From assembly GCF_000181795.1 (NCBI RefSeq), contig NW_003526941.1, positions 2,364,486 to 2,428,485 of the forward strand: DNA of 64,000 nucleotides. The letters are read 5' to 3'. How positions within the stretch are numbered: the stretch's first letter is position 1; each line of letters begins with the position of its first letter. Shown here in pieces: positions 12,301 to 28,404 of the stretch. Below the pieces are notes generated by a model, which did no database searches, was not told where the DNA came from, and saw only the letters and a program-made list of their open reading frames with translations. The position numbers were made by a program, and so were the translations under genes. The stretch is from Trichinella spiralis. Taxonomy: Eukaryota.

Positions 12301-13044
12301 AAAGAAGTTTACACTAGTGAATTATTAATTTCAAATGTCTAAGATTCATTAATAAGTTCGACTGTATAGTTTGCTAGACTGGCAACAGTGTTTGCATAAT
12401 GAACGCTTAATGTCAGCACAGTAATCGTTTCGACGGTATTTTTCTTAGCACAGTTGTTACCTTTTCAACTCTCGTCAAATATTGTATGGAATTTTAAAAG
12501 TATTTTAGGATAATGAACAATTAAGTCTTCAAGCCTCTACATGCTACTTGGCTTTTAAATTAACTGACAATTTCTCTTTATTTACATTTTCTGTTAAGCA
12601 AATAAATAAATGATAAACATATGTATGTACATATACTGTGTCATGGGACTACTTTTTATTGCAGCAAAGAGACATTTATTTACTGTGAACGGTGCAGACG
12701 GTGCGCTTTTCTGGTGTGCTTTTTGACTTATTGTTGACTGTCAGTCGTTTGCAGACTGATTTTCTGTTGTACTTTGTATACATTGTCCTTATGCTGCCCT
12801 GTTTATAGATAAGTAAGTGGCTTTTCTAAATTTAGAGATCATTTTCTATTTGTTCATTATGCATTTTATCATTTTTGTTTTCTCAAAATTTGTGCAACTT
12901 ATTTTGCAGCTTATTCCATTTGTATTATCGAAATGCTGTTATTTGTAATGTAGTGATTGCCTTCCAAATGGGCTAGTCGCCGAAAAGAATGTTTTTAATA
13001 TACTGTTTTATACTTCATATGTTTTATTTGGAACAAACGTGTCA

Positions 13045-16853
<3,809 letters not shown>

Positions 16854-17129
16854 CCATTTATCGTGAATAAGCAGGATGTCTTCATAAATGGTTGACGTGG
16901 TGGCCGGCACTGAACTGCGCAACACACGAGCAACGTCGCATTTCTTTTACGCGCAAAGTTTTTCTTTGCAAACTTTTTAAAAGCATCAACAAACAAACAA
17001 ACAAACAAGCTCCAGAACGGCAAGTGAGGTAGGTTTGTTTGTTTGTTTTGCAACATGCTTTCTCAGAACGGGTGTACGATGAAGTCGATTAAAAAAGAAA
17101 AAGAAAAATTGTGTTTATTTGTTCTGCTT

Positions 17130-17746
17130 TCACATGCGATTCATCAAATAACGTGAGCTACCGACGGTGAATGCACGTTCACCACGGTGACTGTACAAAT
17201 GATATTTCAATTCGTGGCTAGTCTTGTAACCACGACAACAAAATTGACAATAGTACGCGTTGCGTGGATCTGGATAATATTTCCCTTGATATGCTGGCTT
17301 TTTTTCCGCCAAGACGGTCTCCTCGGTCGGCTCATCTTCGTCGTCTGAATCGTGCTTGTGATACAACAAATCCGTATACTTCGCAAAGCTACGACCGCAT
17401 CCGCATTTGTATGTGTAAGTTCCTAAACAAAACAAAAATTTGCATTTGCACTTGGATTTGTTTCTATTTCACACGTCATATTTCTTTGCAAACCTTTGTG
17501 CTCTTCGCTGTGCGTTTGCAATTCGGAATAGAAACGAAACGACAAACCACATTTCGCGCATACATACGGCTCTTCGACATCGTGCACACGTTCATGTGCT
17601 TTCAGTGTGCTCAAATAGTTATAAACGAGACCACAAAAACGGCATTTGAAATTCTGTTGATCTGGCGTGTCCAATCTTTCCCGTTCCACAGTAATCACAT
17701 CACTGTGGGCCAGTTGTTCTTGCGGTCCGTCTAGATCTTCAATCAT
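17130..17746 (-). CDS. C2H2 zinc-finger protein (2 coding exons: 17746-17494 and 17422-17130; about 4 fingers)
   Basis: Fingers FKCRFC..HERVH, YVCAKC..HSEEH, YKCGC..HKH and YYCQFC..HLYSH. A phase-1 GT-AG intron joins the two ORFs in frame. Confidence 0.88.
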
Positions 17747-18356
17747 TGCTAAAACTACGTTTAATAACTATAAACCGATATAAACAGCCAACAACACAAC
17801 AAGCTATTTTTTCCGCTTACCTTACTTCAAAATCAAGCTGCTGTCTGACGAATGTTTCCCCCTCTCTCTTCTTGGCTGCTGCTCTTTCAACTAAATTATA
17901 AATACACCAAACGTTGCTACTACTATTACTGCTGCTGCCGACGCTGCAACTGCATTTTTCAAATCACAGCTGCAAGCAGCAGCATTTAAACCAGTTGTTG
18001 TTATCCAACAAATCAAAGCTGAACAACAATCGTCGAACCAATCAATGATTATTGCTTAAGTTGCAATGAACAAAATGCAATTTTATCACTGTTATTGCTA
18101 AACTGAAGCTTGTCAGAAAAAAAAACCAGAACCAAAAATAACATACATTCTTCATTTGCAAAACGATGCATTTTTCAACTTCTTCAACTTGCAGAACTTG
18201 GAAAATTAGTTGCACAGTCGACAATGTTTTTCACACAGAGATGTTATGCATAAAGTGAAATGAAATGACCAACTAAACGAAACATACATATATATATATA
18301 CATACGTGATAATGATCATCTTTCGTTTTTTTTTATCGTTGATCGACAGACTGACT

Positions 18357-18980
18357 TTATTCGTCAATAAAATTATCCGAAATACCGTTGATTAAGTAGT
18401 GCACACAAGCCATGATGTGATTGCACTTTTGTTCAAACCAAGCTGGCTGTTTCCAATTCTGTTTTAGCTGCGTCACTTTGGTCAAAGGTGTGAGCGTGTC
18501 GACAAAAAGCACGTCTAAATCAGATTTTCGTCTGTGCAAATCTGCAGAATACATCACGACAATCTCGCTTGCCCACATCTGCAACTGATCCACGGCAGGC
18601 CAAAACGGTGTAGCCAAACGTGCCGATTTTTCCACTTGGTTCTCTGAATGCCAGTTTGCAGTGTTCAGATCTCTCTCCAACTCAGCACAAACATTTTGAC
18701 AGTGAATGACCATTTCCATCAGATTGGCAAATACTGACGTAACTTCCATATCTATTTCAGCCATCAGTGTTGTCTGAAATTCTGGTAACGATGCCAATGG
18801 ACTGCCGTCAAGATCGACCTCTTCGACTGATTGTCTTTGCATTAGAAGATTGCCCAAAAAGTCGATCCGTTCCAAACCGTCAGATTCCATCTCTTTTGCC
18901 AATTCGATCAATCTTCGAATCTGCCTGAACGTTCGTCTAGCTTCGAAAGGATAATTCACATCTCGACCTACTCGACTCAT
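18357..18980 (-). CDS. Intronless 207-aa helical protein, possibly CINP (CDK2-interacting protein)-like
   Basis: Clean ATG-TAA ORF with an upstream TTTGCAG acceptor. The C-terminal P-F-W-P ... MY..DL ... W.QP pattern and the length resemble CINP as I recall it. The family call is tentative. Confidence 0.6.
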   Translation of the reverse strand: MSRVGRDVNYPFEARRTFRQIRRLIELAKEMESDGLERIDFLGNLLMQRQSVEEVDLDGSPLASLPEFQTTLMAEIDMEVTSVFANLMEMVIHCQNVCAELERDLNTANWHSENQVEKSARLATPFWPAVDQLQMWASEIVVMYSADLHRRKSDLDVLFVDTLTPLTKVTQLKQNWKQPAWFEQKCNHIMACVHYLINGISDNFIDE

Positions 18981-19467
18981 TTGCTAATCATCAAAAAAAA
19001 ACTGCAAACAATACCAAATGTACTGACTGAATCAAGCTAAATTAAAAATACAAATATTGTAATTATAATTAAACATTATGCAAAGTACAGCATTTGAAAA
19101 CGGATTAACACAGATAAATACGTGTATGTGTAGGTTGATTTACTTCAGAAAGGAAAAAAGCAAGGGAAATATAAATATAGGAACTGCTTTCTGAGATACA
19201 GTTCACTACTTTTGGCACAAATAAATCATAAAAGTGCATCTGCACAGAAACAAACAATTACGGATACTTTGGCAAGGAGTTTAAGAAGAGAAAACGTTCT
19301 GAAACACTAACAAGAACAGCAGATTGCTTCATTCATTTAAATTGTAGCACCTAAGGGCCATAACAAAATCATCATGTGTAACAGAATAATGAAAACAGGT
19401 AAGATCTGCAAAAACTTTTTGTGCATTTGTGTCGGTAAATTAAAAAAAACTATCATACTGTGAGCAA

Positions 19468-22400
19468 TCAGGGATCAACAAATGAAACTAAAATGTATCG
19501 AACACCTCTAGTAGTGGGCAGTCCTTCATGCATATGAGTCAAACGACCTGGATGCATGAGCGCCCATCCTACTGGAGAATTCGTCACGGAACAATTATAC
19601 CGAACGTAACGCACACCGCCACCCTTAAAAAAAAGAAATAATTATACATTTTAAATCATAATTATTCTACTACTTCGAAATCTTCGCCCGCTTTGTTCAA
19701 AGCGATATCGACTGTGTACGTAGATGCATCGTGGTGTGGCCGCAACGCTGGCTGCTCGTCCGGTTTATAACGCACAACAAAATTCATGATTGCATGCGGT
19801 GGCTAAAAACAATCATTTTAGCAGAATAAAATTCCTGTCATTTAGAAACGAGATAACCTTGCTGTAATAGCCTATGAATGTCTTTTCTTGCACTGGACGA
19901 ATGTATTCGTCCAAAATGTTCAGCCAGTGACGTTCAAAGTCAACCTGATTCATGTGAATATCTCGTGTTGGAACATTCTCATAACCGCCTGCAAGTCGAC
20001 TGTCCTAAAATTATAAATTTACTTAAATATAAAGCAAAAATTCAATGTTCAATACCAGATTAGAACCAGAAGACCAGCGACCATAATTTTCCATTACTGC
20101 AATCATCTCTTTGCAAAACTGCTTAGAAAATAATGGAAAATGATACACATCAGGGCAAGGCAATTCAAATTCATAATCGTTGCTTAGAGTATCCCAATAT
20201 TTTTCATCCAAATATCGTTCTTCCCATTCCTATTGCAAAAAGTAATAAACTTATTATGAAGACAACATATATCGGGTATTCTTCCTACTCTTCTGTTTTG
20301 GAAAATATTATAAAAATCTGCAAAACGGTTCAATGGATTGTAATTATCAGAAACCATAATATGACCATATTTTTCCGTGTTGTCCACGTACATGAAAAAG
20401 CCCTAAAATTTTCACCGACTTCATTCATCAACGTTCGGAAAAAATTATTCATTCATTTCATACCTTTTCCCGACAAAACTGAGTAAATGACATGTCTGGG
20501 TCATTTTTTCCATTGTAAGAATAAGCGCTGAGTAAAAGACTCAGGCGATCTTTACGAATCAAATATGCTGTACTAAAATGTGGAATATTCCACAAACCTC
20601 TAAAAATACAGTACGTGAATTATTATTACTATTGTTACTAAAAGAAAAGCAATTTTACAATCGTTCACGCTTAGCAATTGAAATATAATCATCTGATCGT
20701 GCATAAAAGCCGTCATCATTGAGGGCACCCCAAAAATTTGACCACAACGCTTCTCCACGGATCATCATTGGTGCTATCAGAGATCTATAATTTTACAAAA
20801 TAAAAATTTGTTAAAGCACAATTTTGTACAAAGTAAAATTCTTGTGTTGATTACTTATTCTTTTCTATTAACGTTTTCAGAGTGCCGGGAAAATCAATTC
20901 TCGCTTCAGCATCAACAACAAATAAATAATCACAACCGCTTTCCAAACAAATATCACTAAAATAAATTATTAAAAAATAATTATTTATAACGCTTCAGAA
21001 TACGAAAATCAAAGATGCCTTAAAAGTTTAAAGTGAATTAAAAATTATGTGCTTGACTTTCGCTTACAGTAATATTATTGACAAAGTATTTGTTTTCCTG
21101 AAATTCAATACTTACACTGCTCGATCTCTTGCATTTCGTTCAGTCAAACTAATCGCAGAATCCGCTTGCACAAAATGGTATTCTCCGTCCATTAAATTAA
21201 CAAAATGTTCCACCTTGACTGCATGAGGCTCGACCTTGTTGAAGATATTCATTAATAATACGAACAACTTATTAGAATTTGCTTACTCGATTGAATATAA
21301 CAATACCGATACGTGATTTCGGATAATCTAGACGAAGAATACTTTCAAAATATTTATCCAAAAAGGGTGTTCCGCTATTGATAAAACATGCCAGTACAAC
21401 AAATGGAAAATCATTTTCCTAAATAAACAAAAATGTACTATTAAATAATTAAAGGGGGAAAAACAAAAAGCCGTTACATTATCCGAGTTCAACTCTAATA
21501 AATCGTCGTTACAAGCTACGCAACCATCAGTGGGATTCCACCAATTACCAATATAATTGCCAAGATAATTCAAGTGCATCTTAAAAGAAAAATAACTCAT
21601 TTAATTTCAATAACAATAAACGTCAATAACTAACTAACTTTGCTCTTTCCATTTCCGTGAATTATTACTGGCTCTGTCCCATACGCCAAATTTGCCAAGC
21701 GAACTTGCCGCATTCGATGTCCACTTGGAGAAAAATCCAAGTCGACATCGTCCACTGCTCCATGGAGATTTTGAAAAATTGCTGACGTTGAATCCAATTT
21801 AATTTTATGTTTTTCACGCAGAGCTGGATCCAAAAATATATGCGTATAGTAGAGCTGATCGTCGTCGTCATCCCTCAAAGATCGCTCGGTTATGATTTTG
21901 TAAATATCGGGTGCATAGCCGATGAATGCACCCGAATTCAAATATCGCTTTCCCGACTTAACAACAGGATATTCCACCTAGAAAAAAAATAAACACTGCA
22001 TTTCCATGAAAAAATGACCACATGCTTTTGATATTACAGCCAAGCTATCATCAGGCCAACAAAATCCCTCGGCAGAGAATAACACATTCGCACCAGATTT
22101 ATAAAATCTTTCCAAAATTATTTCTGCATTCGCATTTATGACAACGTCGTATCTGAAATGCAACCGCATCATTTGGTGTGATAAGAATTATCTAATGGCC
22201 AAATCACCCATCAACAAATAAAATAATTGCGTTCCCATCGTGCTTAAATTCAGTTAACGCATCACGAAGCAAGCGGACTTTTTGCCCACCGCCAACGGTA
22301 CTTTTCACATCTCCCCCATACCACGGGGTATTCAAGCCCAATACCTAAAAATATCTTTCAACTATATGTATTCAGCTTTATTCTATGCTTCATGATACAA

Positions 22401-22763
22401 AAAGAAAAACAAAATTTTTTTAACATTAACAGTTTTAGCATGATTGTCCTGTGGTGAAAATATTTGAAAAAAATGCATAAAATATGCATAGTAAAATAAG
22501 AAAAATAATAACTTCGTTTTATGCAAATACTGAATGTCAAATTTATAAATTGTACGCGCGCTTACGCTGTAATTTAGAGCAAACTGACGCAGTGATCTCG
22601 TTGTACGTAAATATCCGTCTGTTTCTTCAGTTGCTACAGTAAAAACATGCAGCTGATTATCCGAACTGACTAAATTTGCCCTGCTGACCCAAATGAAACC
22701 AAAAATAAACCAGATGATCATAATGATTGAATAGAATACTTTCTCAACCGGAAAACATCTCAT
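19468..22763 (-). CDS. let-268: Procollagen-lysine 2-oxoglutarate 5-dioxygenase (lysyl hydroxylase/glycosyltransferase, PLOD3/let-268 type), multi-exon
   Basis: Motifs [105 protein letters not shown], and C-terminal YILVSFVDP*. Confidence 0.96.
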
Positions 22764-23198
22764 GCTTTACCGTATGCAAAGATTAGAAGGTAGCTTTTTT
22801 TAACAGTAAGTTGTGGCTGTCCTTCACTAATAGAGTGGGATATTGTTGAAAACAATTTTTGTATTTAATTTTCCATTATTTTCAAAATAATGCATTAAAT
22901 TTTCATTTTTCTTTAACAATGGTTAGCATTATGGAAAAAAATTACGGCATCGTGAACTTTTTCTTAGTTTCCATTTATCTTTATCCTTTATGTAGAAGTT
23001 GAACATCATATGAATGGTGTTATACACTCCGAAGAAAATATATAGTCGTGTTTCTGAGAGAGTCCAATATATTTTGCTGCTGATTATACCACAGCAAAAC
23101 GAGCAATTGGTATAATAAAGAAAACTATTATATAAGTCAAATTTCAATTTTAATGTATATTCCTGTTCAAAATAAACGTAAATGTGCTGTTTAAAATA

Positions 23199-24919
23199 TT
23201 AAACCCAATTTTCATTTATCTTGAGCAACTGGCAAGAGAGTTTCCAAAGTTTTCTAGCGGCTTCGTCGTCCATAGCGGCTGCGCTTGGTGTATCTTTTCT
23301 CATATTTCTAAATAAAGTAACCAATTTTTTCATATTGTTTGGATAATTTTTTTTTAATTTTTATTAATTCTTCATCTTTTTTCTTATTCATGACGAAATA
23401 AAAAATAACAATACTACTGGTAATGCTAGATCGTACTGATACAGTAGGCTAAATGTTTTCAGGTTACATTAATTTAATGAAATGCAAACATCATCTATGA
23501 ATGTTTGAATGAAATAAATTTGATTTTAAATGAAAAATCTATGTGCTATAAGAGTTTTGGTTGAAAATAGGTTTTTCTTACTCGTAATAATTTCCCGTAT
23601 CCTCGCCGCATTCATCTGAGCATGCACAGTATACCGTTGTTTGAGAACCTTGATAAACTGTACGGCAGAACAGATGTTGCAGTGGTCGAATAATAAAAGT
23701 GTGAAATACAACCATACTCAACCAATTATGGCGCATCAATTCACTTGGTACTGGTGTTCCAGGGTGAACTATATGAACCGTAACACCCGTACCTAACAGT
23801 GAAGCAATGAATGAGTGTAAAATTTAGAAAATTTAATCTTTCTTCACCTTTAAGTCGATGTGCCAATTCTCTAGCGAACAGCATGTTGCAAAGCTTGCTG
23901 TGAGCGTACGATTTGTATTGTTTGTAACCGTTGTCTGACATAAAATCATCAAATTGAACTCCTTTGCAAAGTCGGTGAATGTCAGAACCGAGAACTATGA
24001 TTCTGCTGGGCGTTGATTTTTTCAACAAATCCATCAAAAGATAGACCAAGTACATGTGACCTGAAAAAAGGTGTTTAATGTATTCAATTTCAATTATTGT
24101 TGTCAAAATTTACCTAAATGATTAACACCAACAGTTTCTTCGAAGCCGTCGACAGTTGTTCTCTTGGGACCCCAATAAGCCGCGTTCAGTATCAAACAGT
24201 CCAATCGTTTTTCACCTGAAGATGAAACTTAATAAAGTCAACTTGGTACAATTGTAAATGAACATTCAATTGATACGTTTTTTAAATTCGTCGACAAAAT
24301 CTTCTATCATTTTTTTGGATGACAAATCAATCTTGAGAACGTAACCCCTTGGTCCATGGTGGATTGTCCAAGCAATGTCGTCCAATTTTTTCTGCGCTTT
24401 TCTCACATCCCTTGCTCCCCAAATCACTTTTCCACCTGAAATTGAAAATATGCAAAGTTAACTGCGCCAATTATCGTTATTCAACGAGACAACAACACTG
24501 CCGAGATGTAGATCAGTTGCGCTCAAGCTTCTCGACACTGTTTAATGTATGCATATGTCGAAGATCTTTGCTTTTGCTTGTTACAAAAGTGGGAAAGTGC
24601 TGAAGAAGTACAAATTCGAAAATACCTCTTGCACAAAGATCCTCCGCAGTAGCAGCACCAATGCCGGCACTGGCGCCAGTTACTAGAACAGTTTTTCCAC
24701 CCTGAGGGAAACGAATCCAAAAAGAGCAAGATCGGAAAATGAAATGCCTGTATTATAGAATAGAGAGGAAATGGAAATTAATGAAATGGAAAATCACTTC
24801 ACATGAAATGGTACGTCACTTACTTGACCGCCTGGGAAATGACATACCAGACGAGCACGCGAACGGCGAGTATAGACGAGCAAAGAGGAATAAATCTGAA
24901 AAATAATTATTATTCAAAA

Positions 24920-24955
<36 letters not shown>

Positions 24956-25013
24956 ACTTTAACAGCTCGCCGATAAGAAATGAAATCACCCAAAATGGTA
25001 CAGAATATTTCAT
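23199..25013 (-). CDS. Retinol dehydrogenase 11-14-like short-chain dehydrogenase/reductase, multi-exon
   Basis: Spliced frame MKYSVPFW|IYSSLLVYTRRSRARL|GGKTVLVTGASAGIG (TGxxxGxG), then LILNAA, GFEETVGVNYLGH, catalytic YAHSK, VHPG, QGSQTTVYCA and DDEAARKLWKLS. Confidence 0.92.
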
Positions 25014-28000
25014 GACTAAAAATGTTCGACGAGCAGCAACAGCTATGAACGACGGCTAAACAGAGTTGCTAGTGTTCATCTGACCTCTGGAACTGCGAAC
25101 CGGTCGTTTCGCTAACCCAAAAATGGGTTCAAGGCAGGTTTATCATTTATAAGGGTCAGTAGCCTTTGCAAGTCTGGTTTCTGCCATGCAAACCGGAGCG
25201 TTGCTGCCAAAATAGCGTGCTTTAACAGCAACAACAAAAAAGAATAAATCACAACTTTTCGCAAAATATGCAATGGAAAAAAGTGTAATGGTAATAATTT
25301 TTCCAAGTGGAAAATATTTCCAATAAAAATTCAAAATATCTTACAACACTTTAAATTGCCTTCTGGTCAGTAGGTACAGTCTATTTTTTTTATAAACTCA
25401 CTTCACTTCGTCGATTCAAACATTTCCCACACAAAAGATGAAACAGTTTTATGTTTCAAAGTTCAAATAAGACAAATAAACAATAGTTTTACATTAATCT
25501 TTTAATGGGTTGGCATGACTTGTAATAAATGTTACAATTTCTAAAACTGATTCAAGTTTATAAGTTGAACAAGAATCGGTATTTTTCCAAATTGACAGCA
25601 GTATTTTATACTTCTATCTCAGAACTGTTGAGAATAAGTTGGTGATATTTAAAAATGAAAAAAATTATTCTTTTAATAATGATTCGATGGTCCCATTGAA
25701 TATTGATCAAATTAAATGATTGTTCATATTACATTGGCTTTAATGTTTTATGGATTTTCACATCAGTGTTAAATAAATATTTTTCACAGTTCAATTGTAA
25801 TAGTCATGCTTTACAACTTTCATTTCTGATATTGAAATTGCTCATCATTGTTTGACATCTTCCAACATTGCATGGCGTGAAACTTGATTTTCTCAACACT
25901 GTTCAAACACAACAGTGTGAAAATATCACAACTTGCATTTTTTTTAAATTAAAATTAACAATAATCATTATTATCAGATATGATAATAAATTAAAAAAAA
26001 GTTTTTCTTGGATAAAGTAAACACTTTTCAAGTATGAATTTTTGGATGACTTTTTTAAATTATTTTTTTACTGTTTTTTATTGATTTTCAAGTATTATTT
26101 TGAATACTTGAAATAGAGGGAAAAAATAAAAAAAAATGGTATTATATTTTTGTATGAGAAAATTAATGGAAAAATTAAATTTTAATTTAGAACTTTATGT
26201 AATTTTCAAATGCTTTGTTGTTTTCAATTAATTTGCTTTGTTTTTTTTGGGAATTAAAATTTATTTCATTGTTCAAGTTCTACTGATTGTGGAATGAAGA
26301 TTGTTTGATTATTTTTGAAATCTGTTTGAAAAGCTGTCAATCGAGAATCAACAAGGCACAGTGAAGTTGGATTGCGTTGGTCAGATCATACTGGTCTCCA
26401 AATTGAACAGGATAATTTTCAAGGTTGAATACAGTTGAATTGCGCATTGCGATTGGACAAAAACGAGAATCGTGATTTGATTTGATTTGCTGTTGATTTT
26501 AAAAATGCAAACTTGTTTGAAAAAGTGGATTTTCAGTTATCTTGTAGAAGAAATTCACTTCATTAGCATCGGATGAGCGAGTTGAATTGAATAAGAAGCA
26601 AGTGCTTGAAAAATTGAAATAAAAGATACGAAAAGTAGTACATCATTAGCATTGAAATGAAAATGCTATTTATTGGGTTTGCAATATAGACGACCGGTTG
26701 TTAATTTTGGTTTGTATAATTTTCTTCATTTTAAAGGTTGTGTATTGTGGTGTTTGATTGAAAGATGGAATTTGAAAAGGTTTTTCAAATATAAATTTCA
26801 ACAACCGTAACTGTTGGTCAAGATGACGAGAATGATTGAAAGCTTAGAGAGAGAGAGAGAGAGAGGTGAGTCATCATTGATTGGAACAACAGTGGACCGG
26901 TATGCGAGGTGAAAAAGCGTAATCTTTCTAGTATTCGAGACGCCTGGGCAAACAATGGCCGAGCGAAGCGAGTTCGCGTCGATCGTTCAAACTGCACGTC
27001 CGGAAACAGTCATCAAATCGTGAGAATTTTAAAAATAAACAATACAGTAGGAAAACATTTTTTGAATTTCAACTTCCAATTGGAATTTGCATTTTTCCTT
27101 TTCCACTTCTATCTTCTCCGCAAGCTGTGCATGTTGGCATTTCCTGTTTTGAAATTGTCCCTACTACCGTTGTACAATGACCTTGTTTTGTTGTCCCTAG
27201 GAACTACTAGTGTAAATGAGGCCAACATTGGACGATGACAACTTGTCCAGTTGGACTGCCGATGCTGCTGAATCATCCTTTCGACGACGACGCTTTTAAT
27301 AATTTTCAAGGTCGTGCTGCTGGTTGGTGCTGCTGATCACCGCTAGGATTTTCTCTTTTTTATATTACATTTTTCAATACATAATTTCTCCTTTCCATCC
27401 ACTACAAAATCCAAGCAGGTATTATATATCTCATGGAACTTTGAAATCAGGATATTTTTTCAATTTTTTTCAATTCTATTCACAAATGAAAGTGGTGTCG
27501 ATTTCAAAAACAGTTTACCGCCGAAATTTTGCCTTGGGCAAAAAATGTTGCGTCCACAGAAAATGTTGCGCATCAACTGTCATCGAATATTATTGTTATA
27601 AACGACCGACTTTTCTTTACCGTCCTCGTTCAAGGCTTTTTCTTTAAGTCGGCGTTGTCCACTAGTTTCTGCCTGTAAACTCGCCAGTGTTCTCTGTCTA
27701 TATGTCGTTCATAATTGATAATTTCCCATTTCATTGAACTGTACATTCTTTCAAATCAACGGAAACAATATACGTGCACACAAAAAAAAACAAGCGGACA
27801 AAAAATATACCAATGACACCAGTTGTGACGACTTGGCGTTTACCTAGCAACTAGAGAAGCTTTATCGATTGGGACGAGTTCACGTAAGCTTGCCTCATTT
27901 TGGAAAGCTATTCATTGTTGATTGTCAGGTAAGATCAATAATAATAATATTCGCGTTGCTTGTTTGCGGCTGCTACTACTGGCGACTGGTTTTACGTTAT

Positions 28001-28404
28001 TGCGAGAGACAGTTTTGTTTGCCTGTCGTTTCTACTACTACTATTACTACTACTACTACTACTACTACTGTAGCCTAGCTGTTGCTGACAGCTGCCGAGC
28101 AAACAGGTTCAAGCCGTGTTGTAATGATAAAACGCTCGTCGTTGGAGCTTACTTAGTGGCAGCAAACTTGCTCAAGCTTGCTCGTCTGCATTTCTCATAC
28201 CGTTCTTTATCCGCGTTGACAACAACAACAACAACAACAACAGCGACTATACCGCATTGCATAAATTGCTTTAGCATCATTTTCCATAATTAACGTGATT
28301 CTTTGGTTTTATACTAGAATAATATAAGAAGAGGGAAAAGTTGAAATTGAATCGAAGTGGAAACTGGAAGCAAGAACAAAAAACAACAGCATTGCTCTGC
28401 CAAG

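Noticed and set aside
6420..12950. Short ORFs in the long AT-rich intergenic region
   Set aside because: Low-complexity F/I/K/N-rich translations with no motifs and no consistent exon chain.
27869..28293. ORFs with poly-Tyr or poly-Thr runs
   Set aside because: Translations of (CTA)n and (ACA)n microsatellites upstream of the Mesh-like gene.
28300..28322. TCTTTGGTT, matching the miR-9 5' end
   Set aside because: The remainder does not match miR-9 and no complementary star arm is visible.
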